Origin: the human T2T-CHM13v2.0 reference genome, Homo sapiens
Direction: 5' to 3' (one strand)
Assembly (NCBI RefSeq): GCF_009914755.1
Contig: NC_060927.1
Length of the DNA stretch: 64,000 nucleotides
Within the stretch, counting starts at the first letter, position 1, and every line of letters starts with the position of its first letter. The position numbers and the translations under genes are program-made. The notes beneath the pieces were generated by a model. The model was not told the origin of the DNA and did no database searches. It worked only from the letters and a program-made list of their open reading frames with translations. Shown one piece after another: positions 1 to 14,180 of the stretch.

Positions 1-590
1 TTCAGGGAACCCACGGACTGCACTATCCTCACACCCTCTCTTCTCTCTGTTCTAGACTGGGCACTTTCACTCTGTGTGAACCCACATCAGATCATTTATT
101 TCTCTGCATTTTCCTCATGTACTACTAGATGGTAAGCTACCTAATCACAGAGCTTTTGCATTATTTAGCTTTGAATTGTTACTGGCCTGGCATATAACAT
201 GTACTAAGGTATAAAGGTTTGCCAACTCAGTGAATTAAAATATGCACCCTCAGTGCATACCCTAAACTTTGAGACTTGTACAGTCTATATATCATATTGA
301 ACTTAGATGCTCACAAATTCAAAGTGGGAGGCATCAAAACTTACTTATCCTGTGAAATCTAGGATTTCTCTGGTGTGTAGTGTTGACGTTCATTTTAAAC
401 TCTTACACTAACTCTTTTATTTTTAAATGCAAGACAGAGTTGACAATCCTATTGTAAATTATTTTTAGTGAGGAATATGATAATTGTAATATTTTACCTT
501 AATGTAAGAAATTTTCATCAGATTCATATTTCATCTCTTATTATCACTCAGCCTACCTAGACAAACACAGATTTAAATAAAGATTTAAGA

Positions 591-838
<248 letters not shown>

Positions 839-1393
839 TTATTCACTTTTATATATATTTATAATGTGGTATTGGAAATCAAGGTCAGTTGTATAATTTC
901 TTCCTGTATGCTAGGATATATTAATTTTTTGTTTGTATTTATCTTTGCTTTTTCCTTCTTCCATGTGGACTTAAAATTATTAAGTCGCAGTTGATATTCA
1001 CTATTTTCATATGATGCAACAATAAATTTGCGAACCTAGAATTGTAGACAAATTGCTCTTTAGCATCTATAGCTCTGTCCTTTCCTTCACTTTCCTCCCA
1101 TCTTTTCTTCTCTTTAGTGTCAAATGCATTTTGGGTGGAGACAGATTCCACAGCTGATTGCCACTGACTGACTGCCAAGCTCCAGAAACTAAAAATGCCT
1201 TTTCCCCTCTTAGCATTTGTCTTGTGAGCCTAAGTGCAGAGGACCGTGTCAAGACACCATCTTTTCAGTTATTTCAGCCTATAAATACAAATGAAGCATC
1301 TACACTCCCCTAAATAGGGATTCACGATTCAGAGAAAAATGTTGGGCTATGATACATAATGAAATAGGTCTGCCTTCATCAGCACTGGGGCAC

Positions 1394-1396
<3 letters not shown>

Positions 1397-1432
<36 letters not shown>

Positions 1433-1447
1433 CGTGCATGCACGCAC
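1397..1447. repeat. (TG)n microsatellite grading into TGCG/TGCA
   Basis: Uninterrupted TG run of about 30 bp visible directly. Confidence 0.95.
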
Positions 1448-1654
1448 TGGAGTGGGGATGGGTAGGAGATAAGGCTGAAAATGTAAGTTTAGGGGTGTAA
1501 AGGGGCTAAATCCTAGAGGACATATAAAGAGGAGCAGACTTTCTCAACAGGGGTTAAGTGAGAAATGTAGGTCCTAAAAGAGAAAAAGTTTCAAGTGACT
1601 ATTTTCCCACTTCTCCCACGAATGGTACCTAACTGGTACCAGTTAAGATACATA

Positions 1655-1978
<324 letters not shown>

Positions 1979-3809
1979 TTACACACAATTGCTTTTTGCT
2001 TTTTAATTTTAATTCACTAAGGCACATTTTATTTTATGATTTTAATTTCCTTTTTAGAAATAAGGTTCCACAAATTTTATAAGATTTGTGTCATCAAACA
2101 CTGGATCCCTCATGCAAATGGGGTAAAATAGAATGGTTTTGACTTAGGTCCAGTTCTCTCTTTGAAACACCTGAAAGAGGGAACTCTGGCAGTAGATGGA
2201 TGAATGTGAAGAAAGAGAAACTACAAGTTGAGGGCAAGTTTATCTGCAGAAATCAAGACTGTCAGAAGTGACTCAGTGGATTTAAGAAACTCTCCAGGTT
2301 TGGAACAGCCTCTTGAGGAATGGAAAATGTAGCTGGCTGGAAACATGTAGTTGAATTAATAAATTCTGGTAAAAGCCCACATGGGTAAGGAAACAAGAAA
2401 TAGATCTGTCTCCTTGCTAAGAAACATTCTCCAGGTTTGCTGGGAAGCAGTGGAAGAAAAAAATAGAAAAGCTGAATTAATGTGTGGTCCTTGGGGATGG
2501 TTGGGTTACAAAGATAGGACAAGAAAGGACCTGCTTAAGGTAATGCAGTCGGTTAGTGGCAGAGTCTGGATTGGGTCCAATATTGCCCCCAGGGCTATCC
2601 AGGAACAGAAAGGAGACACATAGCCAAACTGATAATGGGAATTCCCTGTAGCTATCAGATGATTTCAGTTATTAGAGATATAACATTAGTGAATTATCTG
2701 AATTTTTATTGTCTATGAAGGAAAACAGCAACATAACCATGAATGTAATGACTTAAGAAGAACAAGGGAAGTTGTCAATAAATACATGCATTTTTGTTAT
2801 TTCAGTCAATGCAAACTTGTTATTCAATTATTATTATTAATATGTCAGCTAATGCTTTTCTATGCTTCAAGTTAAATAAAATGTGTTGTTTAAATCCTGT
2901 AATCTTTTTGTTTCCTCCAGAATTTGGCTCTTTTAATATTTTCTGGTCTTACCCAATCACCAGTGATGTCAAGGGGAAAAAATAAAAGTAAAAGTATCGG
3001 CAGGATGCAGTGAACAGAGTAAACATATGACTTTTAAATACCCCAAATGAGAAAGCTTAGGCTGCACATTATTGAAAGGATATTCTACTGATCGTTAATG
3101 CTCTTCTGTTTGCTCACATTTGTTCCCTCAATCGGGCCTCTTTTTAAAAAGACAATAATCCTATCAACAGAAACTTGAAATGTAGGTCTTTCCGGGCTTT
3201 GAAAACAGAGCTCTGCTCTCATTTAAGACTATGTATAGATTTCCAGTGCAGCAGACAGCAACATGCTGTCAACTGAACTAGTACAATAAATTCTGAGAAT
3301 TTTATAGGGAGTCACCACACAACCTAAAGCTTGTGCTTTAGAGAAGCAAGAAAGCACTACTCAATGACAGAAATTCCATCTGGGTGAAAAGGCTCCTATT
3401 TCTCTTGGTCAGTGTGGACAATGGAGTTGGTTCAGGGCCAGGACTTATGGTAGGTGGGTCAGCTTGGGTTTTTCCTTCAAAATGACCAAGATTGGGGAAG
3501 AGCTGTATTAATGGTAAAAGGATTTTGTGCTCAAGTTGTTGCATTAAGGAAAGGAATCTCTCTGGTCTTGTGAAGTTTCCAGACAGTTGGAGCTCTGGAA
3601 AGGATCCCTGAAAAGTGGGGGAAATTGCTGGAGCCTTTCGATTGTATGTATTCCTATCAAGAGTTTCCTTCTACAATATCCTTCAATGTATAGTCTTTGA
3701 GCTCCATGAGCCAGACTGATTATCAACACAACCCACAGCATCTCTCAGCTTACCCAGAACAAAAGTCAGGTCCCTTTTCCTTCTTTCCTTGAGTAGTGGA
3801 GAAGCATAG

Positions 3810-4000
3810 GTTTGATAATCAGCCAGACTCTTCCATGTCCACATTCTAGCTGTGGATATTTGCACAAGCTACACAACTTCAAAAAGCTCGGTTTCTTTCT
3901 CTGTAGAATGTGGTTGATGACTTCTATGTCACAGTGTTACTCTGAGAATCACAGTGTCTATCAGAGGAAGCACACGTACAACAACACTACTAACTGGACA
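3810..4000 (+). mobile_element. MIR SINE fragment
   Basis: MIR core-like AGCTCGGTTTCTTTCTCTGTAGAATGTGG; approximate ends. Confidence 0.6.
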
Positions 4001-4874
4001 ACTAATGTTGAAAAAATAACTACTAACCCGATCTAGATAACTGTCTGAGAAGGGAAAGATCTTTTTGGTGCTCAACTCTTTCTCTGGTCTCTATCTCTCC
4101 AGGTGTCTTTGAGTTTTATGCTGTGGTAGTAACTGATTTTTTTTATAGAAACATTTCCTTTTATAAGGAGATGGTCATAGAGGTTAAGGGTTTATTCTAA
4201 TGGAATTTCAGCCAGTCAGTAGAGAGATTTAGGACAAAAAGTTTCATTTTCACTCTTTTACTTACAAGTGTTTCCCTATAGTGTAAATACATAGAGATAC
4301 TATTTATGTCGTTTGATGATTCTTACCATCTTTAATCTTCAATGTCACTTCCTAATCATAAACTTTATTCATCATATTTTGATTTCCTATTAGGTATTCA
4401 TCTTAGAAAATAACTGAGCTAAACAGTTGAGATTAGAAATAGTCACATTTCTAATCTGTCTCCAGGGTACTTGTTTAAATCCTGTTAGATCAGTGATGAC
4501 AGGAAGTCAATAAAGACCTATGTAACTTGATTGTAAAACTTGAAATTAATTTGTTGTTGTCGTTCAGTATCTAGTTCCATTTAAAACCATCTGGCCTTTT
4601 AGGTTGGCCATCTTGGAGAAGCCACATATTAAATGTTTCATCTTGTGACATGAGCACAGCTTGCTTTCCTTTTCTCATATAGGACTTATTAAAATGAATT
4701 TCAGATTATAGAATTCATAATAAAATTCTCTATATCTCTGTGTATTTATATATAATGTGTAAATTTTATGTCACCAGATATGCTAAATACTTTTCACCTG
4801 ACCTCCAAGTTTCATTAAACATTACGTGGAATGAAGAATATATTCAACCTGGAGTCTTGAAGTGTTTAAGTTCC

Positions 4875-5000
4875 CCAAGCCCTTTATTTTAATGATGAGG
4901 AATACAAGAGCCAAAGACAGTGAGTGACCTGTGTTCAAAGTGACCCTGCTACTTAGTGACAGTTTTTGTGTTATTATTCTGTAGCCCAAGCTCTGTATTC
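4875..5000 (-). mobile_element. MIR SINE fragment
   Basis: ATTTTAATGATGAGGAATAC...AGTGAGTGACCTGTGTTCAAAGTGACC resembles the reverse MIR core. Confidence 0.55.
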
Positions 5001-5139
5001 TATCCACATGTAAATCTTGGCTAAAGAATGATACCCAAGTTAACTTTATTTGCTCTTGCACATGTATGAGCATATGCGATTTTCATTACACATACATATG
5101 TTCAACTGTCCTTCTTTAATCAATGAATCCGGTTCTTCC

Positions 5140-5292
5140 TGATTTATGTATATCTACACACACATGCACAAGTATATCTACACACACATATTTATAAACA
5201 CACGTGTTTTATATTTACACATAAATATATTTGTAGACATGTATATATACATGTCTACAAACACACACATTCATGCACACACACACATATGT
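5140..5292. repeat. Degenerate (TA/CA)n low-complexity tract containing a perfect 32-bp palindrome
   Basis: TATA/CACA mosaics; palindrome at 5230-5261. Confidence 0.85.
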
Positions 5293-5409
5293 GGCTAATC
5301 CTCTTCTCCATGTCCCTCTCCAATATGTCCATCTTCACTATTGCATAGTTGTGCCATTTAGGTGACACGTTTCTCAATCTGGGCCCTGCCACTTGCATCT
5401 TTATGCCCA

Positions 5410-5665
5410 ATTTGGTAATCACTGGGGTCATTCACCACATATTCTGCTGACTGCCTTTTGACACGTTATAGGATTAGACTCTTTCACCCTTCTTGTAAGT
5501 GAGGTATGACCATGTGGTTCACTTTCAGTGAAATGTGAGCAGAAGATTGAAGGGCTAGTCCATGATTTACCATCCCCCTTCCTACCACTGCAATAGTCAT
5601 AGACACATTTTGAGATGAGATCTCTCTCATTCTGGGTTTCTGGATGGCAACAGTGGGACAACTGT
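5410..5665 (+). mobile_element. MLT1I/J-like MaLR LTR fragment
   Basis: GACCATGTGGTTCACTTTCAGTGAAATGTGAGCAGAAG motif typical of old MLT1 LTRs. Confidence 0.6.
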
Positions 5666-7649
5666 AAAATAAACTACCCTAGGTAGCCTCTAATTAGGAA
5701 TATCGCATAGGAAATGTTGAGATTTCCTCGGACTGACTGCTCAAATACAGGACTGGGAGTGTAAGTGATAACGATGATTTATCTGGGAAAGCTTTACTGC
5801 AGAAATGCATTATGACCCATGTTCTGACATATGTGTAAAATGGTGAAAACATAAAGCATAAAGCCTTCTGATGTGAGTGGGAAGATGGATAATTCACATC
5901 AGCATTCTGCTAGTTTGAGAAGAATGCTGTCTTCAGATTAGAAGAGATCCAAAGGTATCTAGTTATCCTTTAAATATCTTTTTAAAACTTCCATTAAACA
6001 CCAATTCTCATAGGAAAATATGTAATGTATTCCAGAGAGGTCAGAAGAAGAGGTAATATATGGAAAAACTTTCTGAGCATTAGATCTGTCCCCATATGGA
6101 ACTGGCACTCTTGTAAAAGGCCAGATGACCATCTGGAAGAGATACCAAATAGGAGTTTCTACATTGTCTCTAAATTTCCTCCAAGTGCCAAGAGTCTGCC
6201 ATCATCTCTCTCTACTGTGACGATTCTGGATTTTCTCTGGAGCTGCATGGATCACAATCATATGTGCATTTCTGAAATACTACTTGATAGTGAGAATCGC
6301 CCTCTAAAGCATGATCATTTCTAATTGGATATATTTTCTCAATCAATTACTGTACTAATTTAAATGTGGAACTGTGAATAAATTTTGTCCAACACTGAAT
6401 AATTCAGTCACTCGAGGGGGAGTCATTGAAATGCAAAGTGTTGACAGAACTCTTTTGAACGAAAGTTCCAAAACCGATCCAGAAAACAGATGGCCCCAGG
6501 ATTAGCTCACTCTGCCAGAATTTCTGGGACACATTTTAATCTGGCTCGTATATAATCTGATCTGTAAAATAAAAACCTGGTTTCAGGCACAGCTATAATC
6601 AATTCTATACAATTAATTAAAATTTCTTCCAGCATATTCACAGAAACAAACCTGAATTTATTTTAAGCTGTCCTAATACACCATATTCAACTCTATTTAG
6701 TTTATGTGATTGAAATGAGCTGGTAAAAAAGAAAACTGCCTGAGGAGGCAGGAAACCTAGTCTGTAATTGTGGTTTTGCTCCTAACTCCCTGTGTGATCT
6801 CAGGCAGGTCAGGATCCTCACTGAGCTAAAGGTCTATTCAAATATCAACATTCTATGAGTGTGCTATTTCTCTGATAAAAACAAAAGTTTATCTTCCTAT
6901 TTTTATACTGAGTGCAGAATGCTCACAGATTGCAGTAGAAATCAGCCAGTCCTAAATTCCTGCTGCTCTGTAACAGGTGTGATGGATAAAGAGTGACAAA
7001 ATGTGTACATAAACAAGTGTTAGGAAATTGTGTTTGGCTTCGTAGAGACATTTTTACTGTTTTTATAACTATATTTGTAATACTTTTACATGAAAATATC
7101 TTTAAGTATATGTGTGAGTCCTTAATGTGGAGAGGAAAGGCTGTTGCTTCTTTGATTGACTGCATAAACACACAAAAAAGCAGTAGTTACATTAAATAAT
7201 TTTGGGGGGCACAGGATACTTTTTTATTTTTTGTTACTATAATAGTAATATATCATCAGGACAGAAAAATAAGAGAATACAGAAAACAACAGCAGTTTGT
7301 TAATGTCTTTGTATATATTAACCTAGAACCTTTAAGATATGTACATATACTGTACATGTTTGATCACTTCTACTGTTTGGATGTATACATGCACCTTTGC
7401 ACACGCACACACACACACACATATACGTCGTCTTTCTGTTTGTAAAAAGGGAGTTGTTTCTTTCACTCATTCTTTTACACTTGGATTTTTTGAAAATATG
7501 AAGATGCCCTTTCATTGAACCAATACATTTCATGGAAGCTGAGCACGTGTTTTGGCCAATGTGTTTGAGTACTATCTTCTATGAGAGCAGAGATCTTGTC
7601 TGCCTTGTTCTTTACTGTATTCCTCAAACCAGCAGCGTCCATAGTGGTT

Positions 7650-7993
7650 TACTCACTGTCTGAATGTTTTTGTGTCCCCTCAAAATTCATATTAGGTAAC
7701 GTAATATTCAAGGTAATGGTATTAGGAGTTGATGCCTTTGGGGTATGATTAGGTCATGAGGGCAGATCTCTCATGAATGAGACTACTGCCTTTATAAAAG
7801 AGGACCAAGGGAGCTTGTTTGCCCCTTCTGCCATGTGAGAAGATGCCTTCTGTGAACCTGAAAGTGCAACACCGTATATCTAGTGGCATTGTGATCTTGA
7901 ATTTCCCAGCCTCAAGAACTAAACACATACATTTCTGTTTTTATAAGCTGCCCAGTTTATAGTATTTGTTGTAGCAGCTGGAATACACTAAGT
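7650..7993 (+). mobile_element. MLT1A/MLT1A0 MaLR solo LTR, inserted in an L2 fragment
   Basis: TGTGTCCCCTCAAAATTCATA...GATTAGGTCATGAGGGC...TTTCTGTTTTTATAAGC...GTAGCAGC consensus blocks; L2-like flanks at ~7560-7645 and ~7995-8040. Confidence 0.85.
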
Positions 7994-9116
7994 AATTCAC
8001 TAAATATTTACTGATTAGATATATGAAATTGAAAAATGCATTTATGAACACTCATCTATTAACATCAGGAATACAGTTGCACAGAGATGCTTTAAGGCCA
8101 CTTAATAGATATCTCAAGTAAATTTTAAAATATTAATAAGAGGAATTTATTAAATACATAAAATAATTTAGAATAGATACCCACCCACACACCAATTCTG
8201 GATGATAATTTTCTTTGAACTAAATAAATGTAAATATAAAAAAGGAGTAAGTATAAGCAGAACAGAGAGAATGAGAAAATTAGCACTAAGTCCATGTTAT
8301 GTTTGTCTATGCTGCTGCTCCTAAGAAAAGGTGAGGGGGATGTGTATCTGTGTGTACATCTGTGTATTTCTGCATAGCTATAAAATGCTAGCATTAACAG
8401 AGAAAGTCTGAGTCTTTGAGTTAAGGAATATTTACCCATATTCCCAAAAAAGAAAATATATTAGGCCAATAAATCTGTACTTTTGGTGTAAAAATATTAT
8501 ACCATGAAATGCAGTCAAAATAAAGTGGCACTCTGATGCATTAAGCAGTTCACCATATTGCTTCAGGAGAATGATAAGAAAAGTAATATAGTACACTTGT
8601 AACCTATTTTAACTTGAAATCTGAGTTTTAAGTTTAATTTGAGATCTTAGTTTAAGATGAAACAGTTTAAAGAAACATAAATAGAGCAATTTTTATTTCA
8701 AAAGAGCAAATACATGATATAGAATTTATAAATTGAACAGGTACATTAGAACGTTAAGAGAATACACTAAATGGATTTACAGTAGCCCTTTACAATTTAA
8801 TGATACTGAAGCCAAAATTGGAACCACAGATTTCTATACTATACATCCCAAGTTTACAAATGAGTTGTGTTACAGAATTTTATACATTCATTGTTTTACT
8901 TGGTGTATTTTCTGTAAAGAAATGCCTTAAACAATGGTTCTAATTTAAAGCATCTGTAACATTTCTAATGTATCCTATCACACTACAAATAATTATATAA
9001 TATATTTTAACTAAAATTTACCCTGCTTATATATTGTTCAGAAATGCATTCTGATTCCACATAGAATTCTAGAAATGCCTCTCTTTGGGCTACAGAAATG
9101 AGGATCCCTTAATGGA

Positions 9117-9298
9117 ATGTTGTCTAGGAGAACTTTCTGTGTTGGCAAAAATATTCTATAAATCCATGTGTGTTTGGCTATTGAGTACTTGGGATGTGGC
9201 TAGTATAGAGAAGAACTGAATTATTAATTTTATATAACTTTGATTTAATTTTGAATAACTGCATGTGAATAGTGGCTATCTTATTGAACAGTACACAG
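9117..9298. mobile_element. MER3 (hAT-Charlie) non-autonomous DNA transposon
   Basis: GAACTTTCTG...GGCTATTGAGTACTTG...GTGGCTAG...AGTGGCTATCTTATTGAACAG match the MER3 layout. Confidence 0.75.
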
Positions 9299-9489
9299 GT
9301 AGTTCATATCTCTAAGACTTTTTCACAAATTGAGTATTGGAGAGTCGGGCAGAAGGGTAGATTACTCTTACTCGTTTCTGATGACGACAGGGTTGTGTAA
9401 TTTGGTTTTAGGCATCTTACAAACTCACTGTCTACAAATAAATCAGTGTTGTTGCATTGTTTTCCATTTCTGTTTTGCATTTTTCTCTT

Positions 9490-9735
9490 TCCTCCCCTGA
9501 AGACCTTCTCTGTCTTCAAGATCCAACTTGGATATTTCCTTTGTAAGGTCCCCCTTGACTCAATTACTATATTATATGAATACATAAAAATTAAAACTTA
9601 TCAAATGTCTCGCATCTCTAAGCTTTTTAAAAAAATGTTTGTTCCACAAACCATCTCATGCGGATTATGTTCTTCAATAATACCATTGTTTCTAGTGAAA
9701 CTGTGATTAATGACTATGTGAAGGAATGAATGCAA
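9490..9735 (+). mobile_element. L2 3' fragment
   Basis: TCTTCAAGATCCAACTT...TTCCTTTGTAAGGTCCCC; ends GGAATGAATG. Confidence 0.5.
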
Positions 9736-11114
9736 AAAAATCAAACTTAAATCTTCCCTTTAAGCTGTTTATAACAGAGATACATATAAATATATTTCCC
9801 AGTTCTCTCTGTGATGCATTCATTGAGATATTTTTAGGACAGACACATTAGGTCATACAGTGAACTATACGATGTAAAACTATAAAGAAGACATGAGGAA
9901 ACTCGTATTTGCTGATAATAATTTTAAAATATGTAGAAAATATTAATTAAATGTTGGTTAATTCTCGTGATTTTTGAGTGTGAGGGGCAAGTCATCTTAT
10001 TTTACTTATCTTTACTGAAGATTTATTGCTCTTTTCCTGAAAAATTGTTTGCCTTGTGATAACTCATTTTTTCTAAAGTTTTACTATTATTATGATAAAA
10101 TTTAATATGATTTATGCATTGATTTTTACATAAGGCATACCATCATATTATGTAGTATGTAAATTATCAGAGAAGTGAAGAAGACATGAATAACTCACTG
10201 TTTTAATATCAATGCACTGTGACATCAAGATCAGACAATACATACAAGTGAGTTCTTAAGGGGGAAATGTGCTCACCCACTACAACACAATTTACAAGCT
10301 TCTAAAACTCTTTGTATTATTTAGATTATATTTCACTTATAAGAACAGATTTGCAGTAGGTAATTAACTGTGTGAAGTGCACATTAAGGATTCAAACAAT
10401 AAAATATTAATATAAAATATAAATTATTAATATACCACACATATTGTATGAGTGAGCTTTAAACATAAGGATATGTATTTAGTAATTTCTCATGGAAATT
10501 AATGTATGAAATAACAATTTGCTCCAAACTTGCTTCACATGGGCCCATCTCCAGGGAGGAATCTGATTAATGGGAGCAGTTATAACATGTATTATGCTTT
10601 AATTAATGTACTTTAATTTTTCTAAAAAAATCAAAGGGTATCTTTTTTGCACATTTAACAATAAAATGTTTATATTCTCCAAAACATCACATTATTTTAG
10701 TTTTAAGGTCTCTTGGTACAAGAATTTCTGTAATCTGGGACAAGGACTTACATTCAGTAAAGTTTCACTAGTTGATAACTACTTTATTTTTAAAGAGGTT
10801 TCAATAATATAATATTTTATTGTGCAGAGGGACTTCTTTAGTAAAGGAAATCAAATAGTAGTTTCAATATCTGTACCAGGAGAATATATAGTTATTTAAA
10901 ATTTATCTTGTTTCCTTATTTTTAGGTTAATAGATTGGTAGTACATTATTTTTAGAGTTATTTGTCCAAAAGTTAAACTTAGAAATATATCCCCACATTT
11001 GAACAAAATTCATTCTCAATTCTATTAGTAGTAATCTTTATGCTGCTAAATGGCTTTGGATTGTATTTCTCATTCTGGTCAACCAATTTAAAAATGTTCT
11101 GTTGTTCACTAATT

Positions 11115-12150
11115 AAGTTCACTCATTTATATAACAGATATAAACTGAGTCCATACTATGTGTCAGAAACTATGCTAAGTATTGCTATATAGTGGTTCCT
11201 GCTTTCACTGATACTACATTCTACAGTAAGTGACTGATATTAAATCAACATGCAGGTAATATGTGACTAATAATTGTAATAAGTCATACAAGGGGAAGAA
11301 AATTAGGGGTAATTTAGATTGATGAAGAATTCATCAGAAAAGTCTGCTCTAAGGAAATGAGGTATGAGCTGAGATACAAACAATTAGCAGGAGGCTTTCA
11401 TAGGAATTATCTGTGGAGAACATGGGTGATGTGTTTTAGGCGGTGGGTGTGAAAGAACAGCAGTGGGAATGGCAGGTCTAAAAGCCGTATGGATAAGACA
11501 AATCTTCTCATGTTGAAGAAATTCTCAGAGGCCTGTGGTTGGAATATAATGAATGACAAGACGAGGTAGAAGTAGGAATCTGCTGAAACACCCAAGATGA
11601 TCTAGGCCAAGAGAAAAAATAATCTTTTACTTAAGAGGAATAGAGAGCTACCTGAGTGTTTTTAACCAAGTTATCTACACTTTGAAAAATGTGCACTCTG
11701 TTTATTTAGGAGGGGAAGGATTTTTGGGGTAGGAGTTCACCTAGAGTTCAGAATATTAGTTTATTACAGGTAAGACATGATGGAGTCTTGGACCAGAGAG
11801 GCGGTAGCAGAGATGGAAAAAAGAAGTGAATTGATTCAAAATACACATGGTTACATGTGGAAAGTGAGAGAAACGAAGTTTTAAGAATGATTACAGTGTT
11901 CTGGCTTGCAGATGTTGGTCGCCATAGGTGACATTTACAGAAATAGGAAAGACTAGGAGTTTCAGGTTTGAGGAAGTTGTTCAGAGCTGAATGGATATAG
12001 CAAGAAGTGGAGACATGTTAAACTTGAAATGTCTGTGAGACATAAAAGTAGATTCCTCAAGTAGGCATCTAGGTATTGAAATGTGAAGTTCAGATGAGAG
12101 TCTTGGTTGGATACAAAAGTTTGTGAGTCTTTGAATGTGTGGATGACGTG
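11115..12150 (-). mobile_element. L2 LINE fragment (continues at ~12590-12830 after a MIR)
   Basis: TCACTCATTT..CTACTATGTGTCAG start and purine-rich L2 body (AAACTTGAAATGTCTGTGAGACAT...). Confidence 0.7.
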
Positions 12151-12169
12151 ATTATAACAACGAATTCAG

Positions 12170-12380
12170 GACATACTTTTCCAATCACCATCTAAAACAA
12201 TTTACATATATGATCTTATTTAATGGTCAAAATGACCTCATGAAATAGTCATTATTATTCTCATGTTAAAGGAGGGAAAGCTGAGGCTCAAAAATCACCA
12301 GCTAGTCAGTGCAGAGCCAGAGGTAGAACAATGGCAGTCAGGATTCAGAGTCCATGCTCCCCTCTACTGCATTCTGGTCT
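12170..12380 (-). mobile_element. MIR SINE
   Basis: ATTATTCTCATGTTAAAGGAGGGAAAGCTGAGGCTC...CAGCTAGTCAGTGCAGAGCCAG. Confidence 0.7.
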
Positions 12381-13929
12381 ATTTCAAGAAAGCCTAGATA
12401 TATTTACCTTGTATTTTACGCCAAGGATGTGGTTTTGCTTTTTTTTTTTTTTTTTTTTTTTGTATCAGAAAAGTAGAAATCGGTCAGTAAGTAATAAAAA
12501 GCAGAAATTATTCCCTACCTTTCTCTGATTTTAGGATACATTTCTAATCCCAATTATCATTCTTACATATGATGATAATTAATGTGGACTTGATATCAAT
12601 GAATTACAGAGACAGGAAAGAAGACACTCCAGGACTGAGCCCTAGGGAGTGTCAAACTAGTTTGCTAGAGAAGAGACATTAGCCAACAAACAGAAAAGTT
12701 TAGCCAGAAACATAAAAAACACAAGAGTCTACAATTATAGAAACCAAGAGAAAAGAGCTTCAAAAGAGAAAAAGAGGTCAAATGTGTACACCGATGTTAA
12801 GAGACCTAGTTAGGGTAATCATAAAATGCAAGTTTTCAATAAATCAGTACCAACTTGAAGGAAATATATTGGAATGGCTGTGAGCAGTAGCCATCCAGTT
12901 TTAACTCCAGCCCTGCCATTTCCTAAATAAATACGTAGAGTGGATCCCCTGATTTGTTGAGATTATAGAATCCTAATCTGGAAAGTAAATATAAATAAAA
13001 TTGTCTCCATGGACCTATCCTTCTCTTGAATGTTATTTTCTTATTTATAGCCTATCAATGTTTTACAATAATGGTAAAGCGCTTTGTTTTTCCTAGGTAA
13101 AAAGTAACCTCTCTTGTTAGCAAACATTGTATGTACTGTTGCTCACATTCACAAGATGACTTGCTACAGGCAGCACACTTCCAGTGTGGGCAGTCAGCTT
13201 ACACGGAGATGTCACGCAAAAAAGTCATTTTTATTGGTGGTGAAAGTTACATTGTGATTAGGTCACAATAGCATAGGTTCAAATTTCTTTATACGACGTC
13301 ACTTTTTAATGCTATTACAATACATAATTCCCACTACCTACACAAAAAATACTTGGACACGAGGGAGCCCTGAAGGTTCTCAAGTGCCTGGCTTTCAACC
13401 TTCAAGAGTTGTTAAATTTGGTGAATTTCTATGTACTTGTATGCTTGACGTTGGCATATATATAGACGTATAAATGCCGCACTTGCTAAAGAATGGGCAC
13501 CCATCTGAAATTCCAAATGGCATTCACATTTAATTATATCCTTCTGTCTTTATGACCTTTCACTTACTCTTTTATTGTAGTAGAATGGTGAAAACAAAGA
13601 TCATCTTATTCTTTACAGGTATGTAGGGGACTGGTTGCCATTCAAGTAAATGAGAAAAAATACCCAGTATTTTATGTGGCCCCATAAAATTGGAAGTGTA
13701 ACGTCATTCTTCTGATATGGACAAATGTTCTGCCTCAATAATAAGTGGGTTTAATATGCTGAGTTATGAATAACAAGTAGGTTTGATATTTCTACTTATA
13801 AATATTCTGACTTAGAGGGCAATGCAGTGCTAAAGGATTAGCTGGAGATAAAGAAACAGGTAGCCCATGGAGTCTCTGTTAACACATCAAAACAGTTTTT
13901 CTAAGTTTTATCTACTGATAGAGAACACA

Positions 13930-14180
13930 TATAGTGATTATGACTTCAGGTGGCTTTGGGTTTAAGTTCCTGGGTCTATCAGGTGCTAATTGTTTGATCT
14001 GTGGCTGGTCATTTGACTACTCCAAAGATCAGTACTGTCATAAGAAAAATGGGAATAATAATAATACCTCCCTCAAAGGTCTGTTCAGAGAATTAAGCAA
14101 GATAATGTACATAAAACTGTAAATAGAATGCTGGGCATATAGTAAGTATTCAGTTATCAGTAGCTGTTTTTATTATGATT
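13930..14180 (+). mobile_element. MIR SINE
   Basis: AAAATGGGAATAATAATAATACCTCCCTCAAAGG...GAATGCTGGGCATATAGTAAGTATTCA. Confidence 0.75.
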
